Positions 39,102-48,967 of a DNA stretch of 64,000 nucleotides are shown piece by piece; the stretch's first letter is position 1, and every line of letters starts with the position of its first letter. The translations under genes were made by a program, and so were the position numbers. The notes beneath the pieces are model-generated. The model was not told the DNA's origin. It saw only the letters and a program-made list of their open reading frames with translations, and searched no databases. Source of the stretch: Planctomycetota bacterium (GTDB taxonomy: Bacteria > Planctomycetota > UBA1135 > UBA2386). The DNA is taken from contig JBKAGP010000001.1 in assembly GCA_046290465.1 (NCBI GenBank), forward strand, positions 4,512,001 through 4,576,000. Reading direction: 5' to 3'.

Positions 39102-40460
39102 ATGCGTTCCCGGGGACTGCACACCACTTCGATCGTCGCGCTGGCCGCGCTGCTGGCGTCCTGTGGTGGCGGTGGTGGCGGCGGCGACACGATCCCGATC
39201 CAGCCGCCGATCGACACCGTCCTGGCGGAGGCGAGCATCGGTCCGGCCGGGGGCACGGTGCGCGTCGACAGCGGCGAGAACGAGGGCCTCGAGCTGACCG
39301 TGCCGGCGGGTGCCGTCGCCGTGCCGACCAGCTTCCGTCTGCTGCTGAGCCGGACCTCGAGCGACGTTCCGAGCGCGTTCCCGGTCTATCGCTTCGAGCC
39401 GGAGTCGCTCGACTTCCACGGCCAGAACGTCACCGTCACGCTGCCGGCGTCGGACGCGTTCTTCCTCGGCGGCACGCCGGCGCTGACGGTGTTCTCGCGC
39501 GAGCGCTTCGGGGCGCCGTGGAGCGCGCTGCTCGGCACGACCGTCGACGTCGCCGCGCGCCGGGTCAGCGTGACGACCGACCGGCTCGGCGACATGGTCG
39601 CGTGGACCGGCAACCTGCATCGGCTGTTCACGCAGCAGAACGGCTTCGTCGATCCCGCCACCGACGCCAACGCCGAGTTCGTCGCCGGCGTGCAGGTGCT
39701 GGTCGACAACGGCTCGATCCCGCGCCAGGTCGGCCGCGGCAGCCTGGCGTCGTTCTGGAACTCGTCGACGACCGACAACGTGATCATCCTGCACGGCGCG
39801 CTCGGCTCGCCGCTGGACTTCCTCGGCGACGAGGACTTCGTCGAGAACCTGGCGCTGACGCACGACAACGTGGTGCTGTTCTCGTATCCGTCGGCGCGCG
39901 GCGTCGCATATGCCGCCAACGAGCTCTACGACCTGATCCAGGCCAACCGCAAGCCGGGCTTCGGCTGCCGGATCGTCGGCCACAGCCTCGGCGCGCTGAT
40001 CGGGCGTTACCTGCTGGAGCGTTCGCCGACCGACGTGACGCGGGCCGGCTACCAGGTCGGCGACCCGTCGCTGGTCCCGATCGTCGACAAGCTGATCCTG
40101 GTCGCGCCGCCCAACGCGGGCGCGGCGGGAGCGGTCGGACCGTTTGCGTTGCTGGAGTCGGTGATCACGCCGGACGAGGCCTACCTGCTGCAGGCGGCGG
40201 ACGATCTGAGCGAACGGCCGGGCTCGCTGCCGTTCGAGATGAACGCGAGCTACGTCGACAACGCGACCCGCTACCACGTCATCTACGGCGATCTCGGCGG
40301 CGGCACGGACGGCGTGGTGCCGGTGGCCAGCGCGACGGCGCTGCCGGTCGGGGCCAGCGAGACGTCGACGATGTTCGTCGCGCAGCACGACGACCTGCAC
40401 CGTCTGGCGACGTCGCTCGGCATCGCGGTGTGGATGGGGACGCTGCTGCAGGTGCAGTGA
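39102..40460 (+). CDS. Lipoprotein: ZU5-like N-terminal domain plus alpha/beta hydrolase
   Basis: Lipobox LASC with poly-Gly; IGPAGGTV...LTVPAGA; ILHG, GHSLG, PPNAG, DGVVPVASA, H near the C-terminus. Confidence 0.8.
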   Translation: MRSRGLHTTSIVALAALLASCGGGGGGGDTIPIQPPIDTVLAEASIGPAGGTVRVDSGENEGLELTVPAGAVAVPTSFRLLLSRTSSDVPSAFPVYRFEPESLDFHGQNVTVTLPASDAFFLGGTPALTVFSRERFGAPWSALLGTTVDVAARRVSVTTDRLGDMVAWTGNLHRLFTQQNGFVDPATDANAEFVAGVQVLVDNGSIPRQVGRGSLASFWNSSTTDNVIILHGALGSPLDFLGDEDFVENLALTHDNVVLFSYPSARGVAYAANELYDLIQANRKPGFGCRIVGHSLGALIGRYLLERSPTDVTRAGYQVGDPSLVPIVDKLILVAPPNAGAAGAVGPFALLESVITPDEAYLLQAADDLSERPGSLPFEMNASYVDNATRYHVIYGDLGGGTDGVVPVASATALPVGASETSTMFVAQHDDLHRLATSLGIAVWMGTLLQVQ

Positions 40461-41719
40461 GGCCGCGCTGGGTGCCGATCGCGGCGGCCGCGGCGGCGGT
40501 CGTGCTGGCCGGGTGGATCTGGTGGCCGGCGATGGAGGTGCCGGTGCCCGTCGCGCGGCAGCCGGTCGTCGAAGGGTTCGAACGCGCGGCAGCACGGGCG
40601 CCCATCGAGGTGGCATCCGGCGAGGTCGCGTCCCGCGAGGACGATGCGGCCGGTGAGCGGGTCGTCGCGGCCGAGGACGCCCGGCCACGCACGTTGACGG
40701 TGTCCGTCGATCCGGGGCCGTACGAACTGCCGGACGACCTGCGCATCGAGCTTCGCTTCGGCCCCGAGCCGTTCGAACGGGTGCAGCGGCTGCGTGTCGG
40801 GCACGACGGCGTCGCCACGTGGACGGCCGGTGAGCAGGGCGTGTGGCCGGATCGGGTCGGCTTCGCGTTTCCGACGCGCAGGCAGAGCACGGTGCGGGTC
40901 GGCGATCGAGACCGGTTGGTGCTGCCGTTGCCGGCGACCTGTCGGCTGGTGTTCGAGGTCCAGGACGTGGACGGCCAGCCCGCGGCCGACGCCAGGGCGC
41001 TGTCGGTCACCGCGCCGTGGGCGCTGCAGGTGCGCGGCAAGCCGCGCCGGGTCGAGCTGGTCGAGGGCCGCGCACACCTGCTGGCCGAGGCCGTGGGCGA
41101 AGCCGTGCAGGTCGAGGTGATCACGTCGACGTCGCGAACCGCACGCGCCGATCTGTGGACGGCGCAGCGCGCTGGCGAACGCGTCGCCTGCCGGATCCAG
41201 CTCGATCCGGTGGGGGGCGTGCCGTTCGGCGTGCGCGACCTGCCAGCGAACGGCGCGCCGTGGCGCGTCGAGCTGTTCTTGCGTGGCGGCATGGACTCGG
41301 TGCGCGCGCCGCGGCACGGGCCGGGCTACCTCGCCTTCTGCCGCCAGGCCCCCGGGGACGAACCCGGAGCGTTGCTCGACGAGCACTGCTTCGTCGTTGC
41401 CCGAGGATCGGCCAACCCGCTCTGGGGGCCGCTGCGCGGGCGGGTCGCGGCGATGCGGCCGCTGGCGCAGGTGGCGGCCGGTCGCGTCGTCGACGACGCG
41501 GGCCGAGGCGTCGAGGGGGTGGTGGTCGAGGTCTGGCCGGCTGCCGATCGGCCGCTGCTCGGGGCCCGGATCGCATCGACGCGCAGCGCGCGGGACGGCT
41601 CGTTCGTCGTGCACGGGCCGGATCCCGAGGTCGTGGCGATGGTGCTCCACGTGCCGTCGACCCGACGGCTGGTGCCGTTGCCGCACCAGGGGCCGATGCT
41701 GCTGCGCGCAAGCCGCTGA
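40457..41719 (+). CDS. Membrane-anchored hypothetical protein with carboxypeptidase-regulatory-like C-terminus
   Basis: GTGA coupling; N-terminal TM; GRVVDDAGRGVEGVVVEV...RDGSF. Confidence 0.65.
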   Translation: MRPRWVPIAAAAAAVVLAGWIWWPAMEVPVPVARQPVVEGFERAAARAPIEVASGEVASREDDAAGERVVAAEDARPRTLTVSVDPGPYELPDDLRIELRFGPEPFERVQRLRVGHDGVATWTAGEQGVWPDRVGFAFPTRRQSTVRVGDRDRLVLPLPATCRLVFEVQDVDGQPAADARALSVTAPWALQVRGKPRRVELVEGRAHLLAEAVGEAVQVEVITSTSRTARADLWTAQRAGERVACRIQLDPVGGVPFGVRDLPANGAPWRVELFLRGGMDSVRAPRHGPGYLAFCRQAPGDEPGALLDEHCFVVARGSANPLWGPLRGRVAAMRPLAQVAAGRVVDDAGRGVEGVVVEVWPAADRPLLGARIASTRSARDGSFVVHGPDPEVVAMVLHVPSTRRLVPLPHQGPMLLRASR

Positions 41720-41791
41720 ACGCACCGCCACCAGTCGGTTGGAACCGCGCGGTCGCGGCGCGATGATCGGCCGACCGCTGAGCCCCGCACC

Positions 41792-43537
41792 TTGCAGCTG
41801 ACCCTCGAACAACGCCTGCTGCGCTTCCTCGTCCGCGAAGAGCGCGACGAGCAGCGCGCCAACCGCGAGTTGCGCGCGCAGCCGACCGAGCTGCGCGTGC
41901 TCGAGGGGGAATGCATCGAGGGCGCCAGGTTCGTGCGCGAACAGGACGGCGGCTTCGTGTTCTTCGTCGAGGACAACGCGTCGAAGTTCCGTTCGGGCGA
42001 CCCGCTGCTGGTCGGCGACGGGCTCGATCTCGACGGCGCGCTGCCGCTGTCGTACGGCAGCTACGACGCGCAGACCGGCGAGCTGGTTTGCGAACTGGAT
42101 CCGTTCCGCCGCGACGTCGAACCGCAGTTCGAGGTCGACGCCGAATACGTGCTCGATCGCCGGCCGCTCGGCCTGCGCGGCCGGCTGCGCGACGCGGTGC
42201 GCGGGACGTTCGAGAACAAGATGCTGTCGGACGTGCTGGCCGGCCGCCACCAGGTGCGCGTCGACGAGGCGCGGCGCAAGCGGGCGCGCGCCTTGCTGGC
42301 CGAGTCCGAACTCAACGAGGGGCAGGTCGAGGCCGGGGCGCTGGCGATCGGCACCGAGAGCCTGGCGCTGGTGCAGGGGCCGCCGGGCACCGGCAAGACG
42401 CGGCTGCTCGCGTCGGTGATCGCGGCGCTGTGCAGCAAGACCTGCCGGATCGCGGTCTGCGCGTTCACGCATCGTGCGGTCGACAACGCGCTGCTGGCGA
42501 TCCGTCGGCTCGCGCCGGACCTGCCGCTCTACAAGCTGGCGTCGTCGTCGAGCGACGGCCGCGCGCAGCTGCGCGCCGCCAAGGTGCACCTGTCGGACGC
42601 GCGCCGTTCGCGCTTTCCCGAGCGCGGCTGCGTCGTGGCCGGCACCTGCTACCAGCTCGCCAAGCTGCACGAACGCGAACGGTTCCACTACACGGTGTTC
42701 GACGAGGCCGGCCAGCTGCCGATCCCGCACGCGCTGCCGGGCATGCTGCGCGCGCACCGCTGGCTGTTCTTCGGGGACCACCGTCAGCTGCCGCCGGTGG
42801 TCACCACCGCCGACGCCGACCGCGGTGCGGCGACGTCGATCTTCGAGCACCTGCACGAGCACTACGGTTCGTCGTTGCTCGACACGACCTACCGGATGAA
42901 CGAAGGCGTCTGCCGCGTGGTCAGCGAGACGTTCTACGACGAGCAGCTGCAGTCGGCCGAGGCGGTGGCGTCGCGGCGCATGCCGTTCGTGCCGGGCGGC
43001 CGGCTCGACGAGGTGCTCGACCCCGCTGCGCCGGTGGTGTGGCTGCGGCTCGACCACCGCCAGCCGGGCCAGCGCTCGACCGAGGAGGCCAACGCGGTCG
43101 CCGACGTCGTCGAGGACCTGGTGCGCCGCCACGGCGTGCCGCCGAAGGAGATCGCGGTGATCGCGCCGTTCCGTGCGCAGGTGCGGCTGATGCGTTCGGC
43201 GATCGAGAAGAAGGCGCTGACCGGCTTCGACGACCTGACCATCGAGACCGTCGAACGCATCCAGGGCCAGGAGCGCGAGGTCGTGGTGGTGTCGCTGGCG
43301 GCCGGCGATCCGGCCGAGTCCAAGAAGCGCGGCGCGTTCCATCTGTCGTTGAACCGGCTGAACGTCGCCTTGTCGCGGGCGCGCACCAAGGCGATCCTGG
43401 TCGGCAGCAGCCATGCGTTCCGCGCGCTGCCACCGGATGCGGACGGCCTGCGCATGGCGTCCCGCTGCAAGGAGCTGCGGGACCGGATGACCAGCGTCGA
43501 CCTGTCGCGCCTCTACGTGATCTCGAGCGAAGCCTGA
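41792..43537 (+). CDS. SF1B (Upf1/DNA2-like) helicase
   Basis: QGPPGTGKT, AFTHRAVDN, DEAGQ, GDHRQLPP, YRMN, TVERIQGQERE, NRLNVALSRAR. Confidence 0.92.
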   Translation: MQLTLEQRLLRFLVREERDEQRANRELRAQPTELRVLEGECIEGARFVREQDGGFVFFVEDNASKFRSGDPLLVGDGLDLDGALPLSYGSYDAQTGELVCELDPFRRDVEPQFEVDAEYVLDRRPLGLRGRLRDAVRGTFENKMLSDVLAGRHQVRVDEARRKRARALLAESELNEGQVEAGALAIGTESLALVQGPPGTGKTRLLASVIAALCSKTCRIAVCAFTHRAVDNALLAIRRLAPDLPLYKLASSSSDGRAQLRAAKVHLSDARRSRFPERGCVVAGTCYQLAKLHERERFHYTVFDEAGQLPIPHALPGMLRAHRWLFFGDHRQLPPVVTTADADRGAATSIFEHLHEHYGSSLLDTTYRMNEGVCRVVSETFYDEQLQSAEAVASRRMPFVPGGRLDEVLDPAAPVVWLRLDHRQPGQRSTEEANAVADVVEDLVRRHGVPPKEIAVIAPFRAQVRLMRSAIEKKALTGFDDLTIETVERIQGQEREVVVVSLAAGDPAESKKRGAFHLSLNRLNVALSRARTKAILVGSSHAFRALPPDADGLRMASRCKELRDRMTSVDLSRLYVISSEA

Positions 43538-44811
43538 TGAAGTTCCTAGCCGCTGCCGAAGCCGTCCGCTGCGTCGCGTCGGGGCAGCGCGTGTTCGTGC
43601 ACGGTGCCGCGGCCACGCCACAGGCGCTGCTGCAGGCGCTGGCCGAACGCGCCGACGAGCTGCGCGACGTCGAGCTGGTCAGCCTGCACACCGAGGGCGA
43701 GCACCCGTGCGCCGCGCCGGGGCTCGGCGACAGCTTCCACGTCAATGCGCTGTTCCTGGGCGGCAACACCCGCGACGCCGTCGCGCGCGGCGACGCCGAC
43801 TACGTGCCGGCGTTCCTGAGCGAGATGCCGGGGCTGTTCCGAGACGGCGTGTTGCCGCTCGACGTCGCGTTGGTGCACGTCTCGCCGCCCGACAAGCACG
43901 GCTACTGCTCGCTCGGCGTATCGGTCGACATCGCGCGCGCGGCGGTCGACAGCGCCCGGGTCGTGGTCGCGCAGGTCAACCCGCACATGCCGCGTACGCA
44001 CGGCGACGGCCTCGTGCACCACAGCGTGTTCGACGCCGCGGTCGCCGTCGACACGCCGCTGCCCGAACACGCCTCGCGCCCGCTCGGCGACGTCGAGCAG
44101 GCGATCGGCCGCCACTGCGCGGCGCTGGTCGAGAACGGCGCGACGCTGCAGATGGGCATCGGCGCGATCCCGGACGCGGTGCTGGCGATGCTCGAGAACC
44201 ACCGGGACCTCGGCGTGCACACCGAGATGTTCTCGGACGGGCTGTTGCCGCTGGTCGAGAAGGGCGTCGTGACCGGTCGCCACGTCGAGGTGCTGCCGGG
44301 GCGCATCGTCGCCGGCTTCGTGATGGGTTCGCGCCGCGTCTACGACTTCCTCGACGACAACCCACGCGTGCGTCTGCGCGACATCAGCTTCGTCAACGAC
44401 CCCTACGTGATCGCGCGCAATCCGCGGGTGGTCGCGATCAACAGCGCGATCGAGGTCGACCTGACCGGCCAGGTCTGCGCCGACTCGATCGGCGAACGGA
44501 TGTGGTCGGGCGTCGGCGGCCAGATGGACTTCCTGCGCGGCGCGGCGTTGTCCGAGGGCGGCAAGCCGGTGATCGCGCTGCCGTCGCGCACCGGCAAGGG
44601 CATCTCGCGGATCGTGCCGACGCTCAAGCCGGGGGCCGGTGTCGTGACGACGCGGGCACACGTGCACTGGGTCGTCACCGAGCACGGCGCCGTCGACCTG
44701 CGCGGCCGCAACCTGCGACAGCGGGCGCGCGCGCTGATCGACATCGCGCACCCCGCGGCGCGCGAAGAGCTGGAGCGGGCGGCGTTCGAGCGGTTTCGCA
44801 AGCTGCCGTGA
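43537..44811 (+). CDS. Acetyl-CoA hydrolase/transferase family (4-hydroxybutyrate CoA-transferase-like)
   Basis: VSPPDKHGYCSLG, LQMGIGAIP, GVHTEMFSDG, SGVGGQMDF, VVTEHG; ATG overlaps the helicase TGA. Confidence 0.92.
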   Translation: MKFLAAAEAVRCVASGQRVFVHGAAATPQALLQALAERADELRDVELVSLHTEGEHPCAAPGLGDSFHVNALFLGGNTRDAVARGDADYVPAFLSEMPGLFRDGVLPLDVALVHVSPPDKHGYCSLGVSVDIARAAVDSARVVVAQVNPHMPRTHGDGLVHHSVFDAAVAVDTPLPEHASRPLGDVEQAIGRHCAALVENGATLQMGIGAIPDAVLAMLENHRDLGVHTEMFSDGLLPLVEKGVVTGRHVEVLPGRIVAGFVMGSRRVYDFLDDNPRVRLRDISFVNDPYVIARNPRVVAINSAIEVDLTGQVCADSIGERMWSGVGGQMDFLRGAALSEGGKPVIALPSRTGKGISRIVPTLKPGAGVVTTRAHVHWVVTEHGAVDLRGRNLRQRARALIDIAHPAAREELERAAFERFRKLP

Positions 44812-44941
44812 GCTTCGTCGGGGCCGAGGTGCGGCGGCGGGCGTCCTGCTCTGCCGTGCTGCCGGTTCTACAGCAGTTCCCGCCTGCAGCAGGCTCGTCT
44901 CGGCAGGCTCGTTTCTAACGGCTCGTCTTTGCTGGCTCCGC

Positions 44942-45043
44942 CTACAGCGCCCCGAGGGCCAGGTAGCCGGCATAGAGCAGCACGCCGAGCACCAGGCCGA
45001 GCACCGTCAGCTTGACGAAGTGGCGCACCGAGCGGCCGTTCAC
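44942..45043 (-). CDS. Putative 33-aa single-TM small protein
   Basis: GTG overlaps the ligA TGA (GTGA); MNGRSVRHFVKLTVLGLVLGVLLYAGYLALGAL. Confidence 0.5.
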   Translation of the reverse strand: MNGRSVRHFVKLTVLGLVLGVLLYAGYLALGAL

Positions 45044-47052
45044 AGCTCTGCGAGGAGCTGCACGAACTCCTCTTCGGTGTGGATGCGCAGCCCGAGCTTC
45101 TCGGCCTTCGCGAGCTTGCTGCCGGCGTCGGTGCCGGCGACCACGTCGGTGACCTTCTTGCTGACGCCGCCGGCGGCCTTGGCGCCGAGCGCCTCGACCT
45201 TCTCCTTGGCCTCGTCGCGCGTCATCGACGACATCCCGCCGGTGAACACGAACACGCGCCCCGAGAGCGCGCCGCCTTCGACGCGCTCGGCCTCCTGCGG
45301 CTGCACGCCGGCCTCCTGCAGGATCGCGAGCGTCTGCTGGTTCTTCTCGAGCGCGAAGAACTCGAGCACGGCCTTGGCGACCTCGTCGCCGACGCCGTCG
45401 ACGGCCAGCAGCTCGGCGTTGGTCGCGGCGCGCAGCCGCTCGAGCGTGCCGAAGTGGTTGGCCAGGTCGCGCGCGGTCGACTCGCCGACGTGCCGGATGC
45501 CGATGCCGTTGAGGAACCGCGCCAGCGGCGGCTGCTTGCGCGCGTCGATCTGCTTCAGCAGGTTCTGCGTGCTGCGCTTGCCCCAGCGCTCGAGCTCGAG
45601 CAACTGCTCTTCCTTGGGGCGCAGCGCGAACACGTCCTCGACCGAACGCACCAGCTGTGCTGCGACCAGCTGCTCGACCTGCTTGGGGCCGAGGCCTTCG
45701 ATGTCGAGCGCGCGACGGCTGGCCAGGTGCACGATGCGGCCGACCAGCTGGGCGGCACAGTCGATGTTGTCGCAGTAGAGGAACTTGCCCTCCGGCTGCA
45801 GCGGGTTGCTGCACACCGGGCACGACGCCGGCGGCTGCGCCGGTCGCGAGTCGGGACCGCGTTCGTCGGGGAACACCCGCACCACCTCGGGGATGACGTC
45901 GCCGGCGCGCTGGATCTCGACGACGTCGCCCTCGCGCACGTCGCGTTCTGCGAGCAGCGCCCAGTTGTGCAGCGAGGCATTGCGAACGGTCACCCCGGCC
46001 AGTTCGGTCGGTTCGAGGTGTGCGACCGGCGTGACCGCGCCGGTGCGGCCGACCTGCGCGCCGATCTTCTCGACCCGCGAGCGCGCCAGCCTCGGCTTGA
46101 ACTTGTAGGCGAGCGCCCAGCGGGGCGTGCGCGAGGTCCGGCCGAGCTTCTGCTGGTGGGCGATGGCGTCGACCTTGGCGACCGCGCCGTCCATCTCGTA
46201 GGGCAGCTCGTCGCGCCGGGCCTCGAGCTCGTCGTGGTAGGCGTGCAGCGCCTCGAGGTCGTCGGCGACCGCCGACGGCTCGGCGACGGTGAACCCCCAC
46301 GCGGCCAGCTGCGCGCGCAGCTCGGTGTGGGTCGCGAACGCGACGCCCTCGACGTGGCCGACCGCGAACGCCAGGAAGTCGAGCGGCCGCCGCTTGACCA
46401 CCCGCGGGTCCTGCAGCTTGAGCGTGCCGGCGACGGTGTTGCGCGCGTTGCGGAACGTGCCCTCGCTGCTGGTCTCCTCGCGCCGCTGCAGCGCCGCGAA
46501 GCCGCGCTTGCCCATGATGACCTCGCCGCGCACCTCGATCCGCTTCGGGAACGGTCCCGCGCCGGCAAGCCGGGTCGGCAGGTTGCGGATCGTCAGCAGG
46601 TTGCGCGTCAGGTCCTCGCCGGTCTGGCCGTCGCCGCGCGAGAGGCCGCGGATCAGCACCCCGTCCTCGTAGAGCAGGTTGGCGCTGACGCCGTCGAGCT
46701 TCGGCTCACAGCTCCAGCGCAGCTCGGCGCCCTCTTCGAGCGCGAGCAGCTTGCGTGCACGCGCCACGAACGCGTCGACGTCGTCCGGCTGCATCAGCGA
46801 CTCGAGGCTGCCCATCTGCACGAGGTGGTCGTGCGTCGCAAACGATCCGCCCTTCTGCAGCGGCGCGCCGACGCTGCGGGTCGGCGAGTCGTCGGTGACC
46901 AGCTCCGGGTGCGCCTGCTCGAGGTTGCGCAGCCGCACGAACAGCTCGTCGTACTGCGCGTCGGTGATCTCGCTCACACCGTCGTTGTAGTACTGGTCGT
47001 CCGCCTTGCGGATGCGCTGGCGGAGTTCGTCGATCTCGTCTGCTGGGTTCAC
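45040..47052 (-). CDS. ligA: NAD-dependent DNA ligase
   Basis: YY...ITDAQYD, EPKLDG, SRGDG, EVRGE, QVGRTG, C4 zinc finger, HhH, BRCT (AGSKLAKA). Confidence 0.97.
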   Translation of the reverse strand: MNPADEIDELRQRIRKADDQYYNDGVSEITDAQYDELFVRLRNLEQAHPELVTDDSPTRSVGAPLQKGGSFATHDHLVQMGSLESLMQPDDVDAFVARARKLLALEEGAELRWSCEPKLDGVSANLLYEDGVLIRGLSRGDGQTGEDLTRNLLTIRNLPTRLAGAGPFPKRIEVRGEVIMGKRGFAALQRREETSSEGTFRNARNTVAGTLKLQDPRVVKRRPLDFLAFAVGHVEGVAFATHTELRAQLAAWGFTVAEPSAVADDLEALHAYHDELEARRDELPYEMDGAVAKVDAIAHQQKLGRTSRTPRWALAYKFKPRLARSRVEKIGAQVGRTGAVTPVAHLEPTELAGVTVRNASLHNWALLAERDVREGDVVEIQRAGDVIPEVVRVFPDERGPDSRPAQPPASCPVCSNPLQPEGKFLYCDNIDCAAQLVGRIVHLASRRALDIEGLGPKQVEQLVAAQLVRSVEDVFALRPKEEQLLELERWGKRSTQNLLKQIDARKQPPLARFLNGIGIRHVGESTARDLANHFGTLERLRAATNAELLAVDGVGDEVAKAVLEFFALEKNQQTLAILQEAGVQPQEAERVEGGALSGRVFVFTGGMSSMTRDEAKEKVEALGAKAAGGVSKKVTDVVAGTDAGSKLAKAEKLGLRIHTEEEFVQLLAEL

Positions 47053-47090
47053 CGGGCACGTTGGTATTGCCCTTTCGACGGACGGTCAAG

Positions 47091-48100
47091 CTACACCCCG
47101 GGCGACCCGCTGGTTTCGAACGAAAGCTCCAGCGGCGTGATCCGCATGCGCCCGTCCGTGCGCCGCGCGCGGCCCTCGACGAACTCGTAGACGGCCTCGA
47201 CGGCGTCGCAGGCGCGCTGGTAGCGGCGCCGGGCCTGGGCTTCGAGCGCGTTCAGGATGTCGGGGCTGCTCGCCAGGCCGGCGCGCACGACCTGCTCCCC
47301 GAGCTGCAGGTGGCTGCGGCCCTCGGAGCCGCGGATCAGGTCGGCCAGCCGGCCAGGATCGCTCGACGCGAAGTCGATCCGCAGGTCGCCGAGGCGGTCG
47401 GCCTTGTCGGGGTTGTCGGTGCCGTAGGACTGCACGCAGCCGCAGTCGAACTCGAACGTCAGCAGCTCGTCGGTCAGCTGCACGGTCAGCGTGCCGCTCT
47501 TGCGCACCCGCTCGACGAACTGGAACACGGTGCGGATCGGCATGCTCTGGTTGCAGCCGCACAGCCCGGAGTCGGTCGCGACGTCGGCCAGTTGGTGCTC
47601 GTCGTTCGCGGCAGCTGGCCCGCGGGCGTGCTCCGGGGAGCGCGACGCGTCCGGGTGCGCCTGCTCGTCTGGCTTCGCATGCTGGTCCGGCTCGTGCGGC
47701 ACGTCGCCGTGCGCCGCGGCGCCGTCGCCCCGACCGGGGGCCGGATCGCCGTGCACGTCGGCGCCGTCGGCCAGCTCGTCCGGGCACAGCCAGTCGGCCG
47801 AGTTGGTGATGGTGCTCGCCGCGACGGCGGCGCCGACCGTGCGCGGCAGCCCGATCGCCAGCGAGTCGGCCGGCTCCGAACGCACGCTGCCGCGCCCGAT
47901 CAGGTCCCGGATCGCCTCCGCCAGCTCGCGCATCCCGCCTCGATCCGCTCCAGGTCGCCGCGGCTGTGCTGGATGTCGATGCCGCGCATCGACACCTGCT
48001 CCAGCGTCTGGGCCAACACCGAGGCCAGCTCGATGAAGTTCGAGCAGTAGCCGTCGATCAGCGAGCTCACCGCAGCCGCAGGAAACTGTGCAACTTGCAT
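47091..48100 (-). pseudogene. DUF4388-like domain protein, probably interrupted by a 1-nt frameshift near 47935
   Basis: ORF 47900..48100 (...LERIEAG) continues as MRELAEAIRDL in another frame; C-terminal KSGTLTV...F.F..G.V...RLGDL...QLGEQVV. Confidence 0.55.
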
Positions 48101-48222
48101 GCACTCCGGATCGGTCGACCCTGGTGTTGTTGCTTAACCCATTTGGCTACGTCGGAGGTGGCGAGATTTCGTACGAGGCCGGGGATCCGACGTCATGGGA
48201 GCCTGGGCCACTGCCGAGAATT

Positions 48223-48250
48223 CGCACATCGGACCGGAATCCGATGTGCG
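48223..48250 (-). terminator. 11-bp stem hairpin downstream of the DUF669 gene
   Basis: CGCACATCGGA-ccggaa-TCCGATGTGCG. Confidence 0.5.
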
Positions 48251-48279
48251 TAGCGGAAAACCAGCAGTTCGCGGCTGGG

Positions 48280-48825
48280 TCAGAACGGGATCTCGTCGGT
48301 GTCGGGGGATGTCCCTCGGTCGTCGTCGGGGCCGTTCGCGGTGGAGCGGGCCTCGGAGGATCCGGAGCCAGACTCCGCTCCGGAACCAGACCTCGCTCCA
48401 GACCCGGACCTGGCCCCGTCCGCGACCTGGTCCGGATCCAGCGCGCGATAGCCGTCGTACGGGACCTCGTTGCGCCGCACGACGACGCCGAGCGAGTTCT
48501 CGTATTCGGCCGGTCGCACCGTGACCAGTGCGGTGCGGCCCTCGAGGTCTGCCGGGGCGATCTCGACCTTGCCGCGCGTCGGCAGGCCGAGCGCGCCGAG
48601 CACCAGCCGCGCGCGGGCGCGGCCTCGCGTGCTGAACACGAGGCTGTCCCACGCCGCCTGCTTGCCGACGTGTTGTCCCTCCTCGACCACGAGCCGCAGC
48701 GACCATCGCTCGTCGCCGGCCCGGGTCGTGCCGACCCGGGTCTCGGTGACGCGGCACAGGTAGGTGCCCGCCGGTACGGAGATGAAGTCGGAGACGGAGT
48801 CCTTGGCGTCGAAGTCGATTTCCAT
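48280..48825 (-). CDS. DUF669-like (phage-type single-stranded DNA-binding) protein
   Basis: VPAGTYLCRV...W.LRL.V.EG.H.GK..WD.L; Gly/Ser linker; acidic tail ending DEIPF. Confidence 0.75.
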   Translation of the reverse strand: MEIDFDAKDSVSDFISVPAGTYLCRVTETRVGTTRAGDERWSLRLVVEEGQHVGKQAAWDSLVFSTRGRARARLVLGALGLPTRGKVEIAPADLEGRTALVTVRPAEYENSLGVVVRRNEVPYDGYRALDPDQVADGARSGSGARSGSGAESGSGSSEARSTANGPDDDRGTSPDTDEIPF

Positions 48826-48967
48826 GTCTGTTCCACGAGTGTTGGCACAGGAACAGGGGCCCGGGCAGCGCGCCGGTGGCACGGAATCTCCGGAATCCGG
48901 AGCGGCTGCCGACTGCCATCGGCGGACGTCGGCCAGTACCCTTGCACCCGGAACCGAACCGAGCACC

